Assembly (NCBI GenBank): GCA_963742415.1
Contig: CAVULX010000004.1
Location: 512,001 to 576,000, forward strand
Reading direction: 5' to 3'
DNA: 64,000 nucleotides
Source: an uncultured Parachlamydiaceae bacterium
Lineage (GTDB): Bacteria > Chlamydiota > Chlamydiia > Chlamydiales > Parachlamydiaceae
The position numbers and the translations under genes are program-made. Of the stretch, positions 60,600 through 64,000 are shown in pieces; the first letter of the stretch is position 1; each line of letters begins with the position of its first letter. The notes under the pieces are model-generated. The model ran no database searches, was not told the origin of the DNA, and worked only from the letters and a program-made list of their open reading frames with translations.

Positions 60600-62234
60600 C
60601 TACAATTTCTCTTTGTTTTTCTTTGCATTAGGTACCATAGTAAAATTCGCAAAATCCCTGAAAGATAAAACTTTGGCAAAATTTCCTCTAACCGTATTAC
60701 AAGATCTTTGGGGATCTTCAGTTACCCCTAAATTCGAAGATGGCTGGAGAGGTTCAATTTCGGTTATTTCCACTTCAAGAGGGACATTTGTAGTAAAAAC
60801 AGACACCCGCCTTTTAGGTATTGGTTTATGTTCTTGTATATATTGATTAATTTTTTGTTGAAAAGCTTGAGCTGTCATCCGTTTCCTCGGATCGTAGCAT
60901 AGCAATTCGCTTATGAGCACTATCCAAAAATCATCTTTTCCCTTCTTTTTTCTTGGAATTATTGTCGGATTTTTGATCTCTGTAATAGCTAAATTAATGC
61001 TTTGCAGATAGGGTTTTCCCTTACTCTCTATAATGGCAAGATCCGTTTCAAATTTTCCGATCAATCTTTCATATTCCCCTTTATTGTATTCGGTCATACT
61101 CTCTATAAGCTTTTTAATGTAACCTGTGCTCAATGCATTTGTAATTTCAGTAAGTTCGACTTCGTATTCCTGTTTTGAGGTTTCATTACACTCTAGACGT
61201 TGTAAAACCTGGCAGAATTTCGGCAATTTCTTAAAGTACATCATATACAAAATGCACCCCACTCCCCACATATCGGAAGCACGTTTGTCTTCTTCTGAAC
61301 CAAAATCCTCCAGGTTCACACCGAAACGATCAAGGTGGCGGCCATCAATTGAACGGAGAAACCACTCAGGCGCCTTAAATGCAAACTTTCCAGGAGTTTT
61401 TTCAGGATCATTTTGTGTGCTAAGAAAATAACTTACATCTAAGTTTGAAAGATGTGTTTCTGCAATTTTTTTCGACTTGTATTTTATAAGGAGGTTATTT
61501 GGGTTAATATTTTCAAAGATACAGTTGTGATCATGCAATGCAGTCAATGTTACAGCTAAAGCTTCGCTAACCTTCAGCATGTTTTGAATGTTACATTCAC
61601 TGTTTTTTTGGGTGTGAACTTTCTTAATAAACCTTGTTAAATTTCCATCATATAACGGAATATATACGACACTCTTTGTACGGCCCTTTGGTTCTTTTCT
61701 TGAAGCCCAAGCATGAATTTTTAAGACATTGGGATAGCTTTTGAACAGATCCAATTGAGCAATTTTTTCTAGTAACATAATGTTGGCAGCGTTAGTTCTA
61801 GTTGTGATTGATAATTTAGCTACCTCGTTAACTTGAAATTTATCGCTTTTGAATATAATTTGAGTGGCTTTATAAACTTTTGTGAAATTCCCTTCAGCGA
61901 TAAGGTTATTTGATTGGATATAAATTTGAACCTCTCCATCTCCTTGTGCGTGAAATGTCACTGTAAAAGGAACTTCCATTGATTGATTAAACTGCCTACT
62001 TATTTTCGTTCCCTCTTGAATTTCTATAGAACTATTTGGACGCATGGCCTGGGTGACATAACACACTTCTCTTAAGAAACTTTCTGTAAAAATAGAATTC
62101 TTTAATTGGTTAATCAACCTCTGGGCGTCCTCTTTAACTTTGTCGATATGAACTCCCTTTTCTTGGCGCCAGGTTGCATCAGACAGTGATAGTTTCGTCA
62201 AAATATGAAATTTTTCGTTCGCTACTTGATTCAT
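60600..62234 (-). CDS. Ser/Thr kinase-like protein, probable pseudokinase
   Basis: IAEGNFTKVYKA, LHDHNCIFENINPNN, KAPEW, SDMWGVGCILY and DPRKRMTA motifs. Confidence 0.8.
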   Translation of the reverse strand: MNQVANEKFHILTKLSLSDATWRQEKGVHIDKVKEDAQRLINQLKNSIFTESFLREVCYVTQAMRPNSSIEIQEGTKISRQFNQSMEVPFTVTFHAQGDGEVQIYIQSNNLIAEGNFTKVYKATQIIFKSDKFQVNEVAKLSITTRTNAANIMLLEKIAQLDLFKSYPNVLKIHAWASRKEPKGRTKSVVYIPLYDGNLTRFIKKVHTQKNSECNIQNMLKVSEALAVTLTALHDHNCIFENINPNNLLIKYKSKKIAETHLSNLDVSYFLSTQNDPEKTPGKFAFKAPEWFLRSIDGRHLDRFGVNLEDFGSEEDKRASDMWGVGCILYMMYFKKLPKFCQVLQRLECNETSKQEYEVELTEITNALSTGYIKKLIESMTEYNKGEYERLIGKFETDLAIIESKGKPYLQSINLAITEIKNPTIIPRKKKGKDDFWIVLISELLCYDPRKRMTAQAFQQKINQYIQEHKPIPKRRVSVFTTNVPLEVEITEIEPLQPSSNLGVTEDPQRSCNTVRGNFAKVLSFRDFANFTMVPNAKKNKEKL

Positions 62235-62365
62235 AATTTCTCCTTGTAAGGATACCTATTTTATTTAATTTTAATTTAGGATAGAGCTACCGGATTTAGA
62301 TCTCAATCAGGTATATAATTCTGAGGAGAAAAGTTGCCAAAATCGGCCATAAAAATAACAATTCC

Positions 62366-64000
62366 CTAACTTCCATTGCCCGATTTTTGCGAGCTCTCAG
62401 TGTTTGATTTTTTTTTGCCAAAAAATTCGGTAACTTGAGGCATACTTGCTGAAAGGGCTTCAATAGGTGGCGGGGGGTTAACTGGAACAAATCTGGCAGA
62501 ATTCAAACCAGAAGCTGTAACACCCATCCCAGCCGATTTCTTTGACTTTGAGTCGGTTTTTTGTTTTGTGATCGCAAGCTTGACCATAGTAGATCCTCTT
62601 TTCGCTTTCAGCTCATCTTCAGCTTTAAATTGCTGTATCTTTAAGTGCAAAACATCAGCACTTATTCGCTTATTTGGGTCTGAACATAGCAAATGGCTTA
62701 TAAGGCTTTCCCAAAAACCTACTTTGCCTTGCGATTGCGGCACTTTTGTCGAATTTTTGATCTCTTTCATAGCTTGAATGACCAAAGAATCAATAGTATT
62801 TTCATTTTTTTTGATCTCAGCTATTAGATTTTCATTCATATTTTCTAATCCTTCATTCCTAAGTGTTAATCTTCTATTCATCTCCAGCAATTCATTCACA
62901 TCTTCGACACTAGGTATTTTATTGATGGCCGCGCGGTCATTTACGCAGCGATGATCTCCGTCAATCTTTATTGATTTTTCTAACCTAATTATATCAAGTT
63001 CTGTATAATCGAGTGACTTTTCTATACCCTCCACCTGTGATTCGTCAAAATCTATTAATTTTTCTATATCCATTAATATTTCTTCTTTAAAATTCATTGC
63101 ATCTTTGTCTGATTCGCTTGATTCTTCTGATTCACTTGCTTCTTCTCTTTTTTCCACATCTTTTCTTTTATGTTTTTCAATCATATTCATGGAATTTTTT
63201 ATTTCTTTGGTTAAATCCATTGTCTTTGAAGATGTTGGATTAAAGGTTTTTAAATAGGGATCTATGACCGAAAGTTTTGTAAAAAAATAGTCACTTCTCC
63301 GGCCAAATTCGTTACTTTCATCTAGAGGAAGCACTTCGCTCAATGAAACATCTATTGTATCCGTAAATTCCTGGTATCGCCTTTTTAATTTAGACTGAAG
63401 TAAGATTTCAGATTCCAGCTTTTGTAAAAGGGTGCATAATTTTGGCATCGCATTATAATGCATTGCATAGATGATGCATCCCAATCCCCACATGTCGGAG
63501 TGTTTTCCAATCAAATGATTGGAATCTGTGACATTCCACATTTCAAAAAGTGTTTTCTTATCTTCAGGATTGCCATATTCAAGTAGAAACATTTCTGGAG
63601 AAAAAGAGGCAAATTTTCGACAAAGTTGCTGGAGTAAAGAGTGTTTGTTAGAGCCGAGAAGCATATGGCAAATCAAATTCGCAATAGGCTCCTTTTTGAA
63701 TTGTTTAGCATGGCATATAACCCTCTTATTGGGAACAACATCGTGCAGCAGCAAGTTGTTTTCATGTAATTCTTTCAAAGTTTTTCCTAACTCTAGAATC
63801 GCTTGCGACATTTGCGACTGTTTTTTTTTCGTGTCGTTAAATTTTCTTTTTTTTATCCTTGGACTTAAAACATCCTTTAGCTTTCCAAAATAGTAAGGAG
63901 TATAAAGGACCGTTTTGGTGCCCCCCTTTTTCCGAACCCCTGTAGCCCAGGCCAATAGGGGCAAAACATTTGGATCCTCTTTTAACTTATCCATTCTACC
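62366..64000 (-). CDS. Second kinase-like protein (pseudokinase) with large coiled-coil insert; 5' end probably beyond the window
   Basis: PNVLPLLAW, LHENNLLLHDVVPN, SPEM, SDMWGLGCIIY and DPNKRISA motifs; frame is open to position 64000. Confidence 0.75.
   Translation of the reverse strand, partial: GRMDKLKEDPNVLPLLAWATGVRKKGGTKTVLYTPYYFGKLKDVLSPRIKKRKFNDTKKKQSQMSQAILELGKTLKELHENNLLLHDVVPNKRVICHAKQFKKEPIANLICHMLLGSNKHSLLQQLCRKFASFSPEMFLLEYGNPEDKKTLFEMWNVTDSNHLIGKHSDMWGLGCIIYAMHYNAMPKLCTLLQKLESEILLQSKLKRRYQEFTDTIDVSLSEVLPLDESNEFGRRSDYFFTKLSVIDPYLKTFNPTSSKTMDLTKEIKNSMNMIEKHKRKDVEKREEASESEESSESDKDAMNFKEEILMDIEKLIDFDESQVEGIEKSLDYTELDIIRLEKSIKIDGDHRCVNDRAAINKIPSVEDVNELLEMNRRLTLRNEGLENMNENLIAEIKKNENTIDSLVIQAMKEIKNSTKVPQSQGKVGFWESLISHLLCSDPNKRISADVLHLKIQQFKAEDELKAKRGSTMVKLAITKQKTDSKSKKSAGMGVTASGLNSARFVPVNPPPPIEALSASMPQVTEFFGKKKSNTESSQKSGNGS

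Overview
64 kb of an AT-rich bacterial chromosome. Gene content suggests an environmental Chlamydiae (Parachlamydiales-like) lineage; this is inferred from the argR-amino acid ABC operon, ankyrin and kinase-like effectors and PVC-type envelope genes. Recognisable modules: AbiEi/AbiEii type IV toxin-antitoxin pair with two operator palindromes, PiT/DUF47 phosphate transport, argR plus a polar amino acid ABC operon with ARG boxes, MoxR/Bat (VWA) operon, cyoABCDE, Mg-ATPase, PBP4, S53 peptidase, an Rpn nuclease and several redox enzymes. Most interesting signals: (i) four intergenic fold-back palindromes (up to 199 bp), three built from 8-9 bp periodic units, two of which share a terminal motif; (ii) candidate host-interaction proteins: ankyrin plus an AnkH-like Cys-protease motif, a membrane-anchored tandem CX5R phosphatase-like protein, and two pseudokinases with coiled-coil inserts; (iii) an uncharacterised four-gene envelope operon resembling Planctomycetes families; (iv) a tandem pair of secreted paralogs. 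At least eight single-base frameshifts, mostly at homopolymers, probably reflect assembly error. No rRNA, tRNA or CRISPR array was seen. Family assignments come from motif recognition, not database searches.
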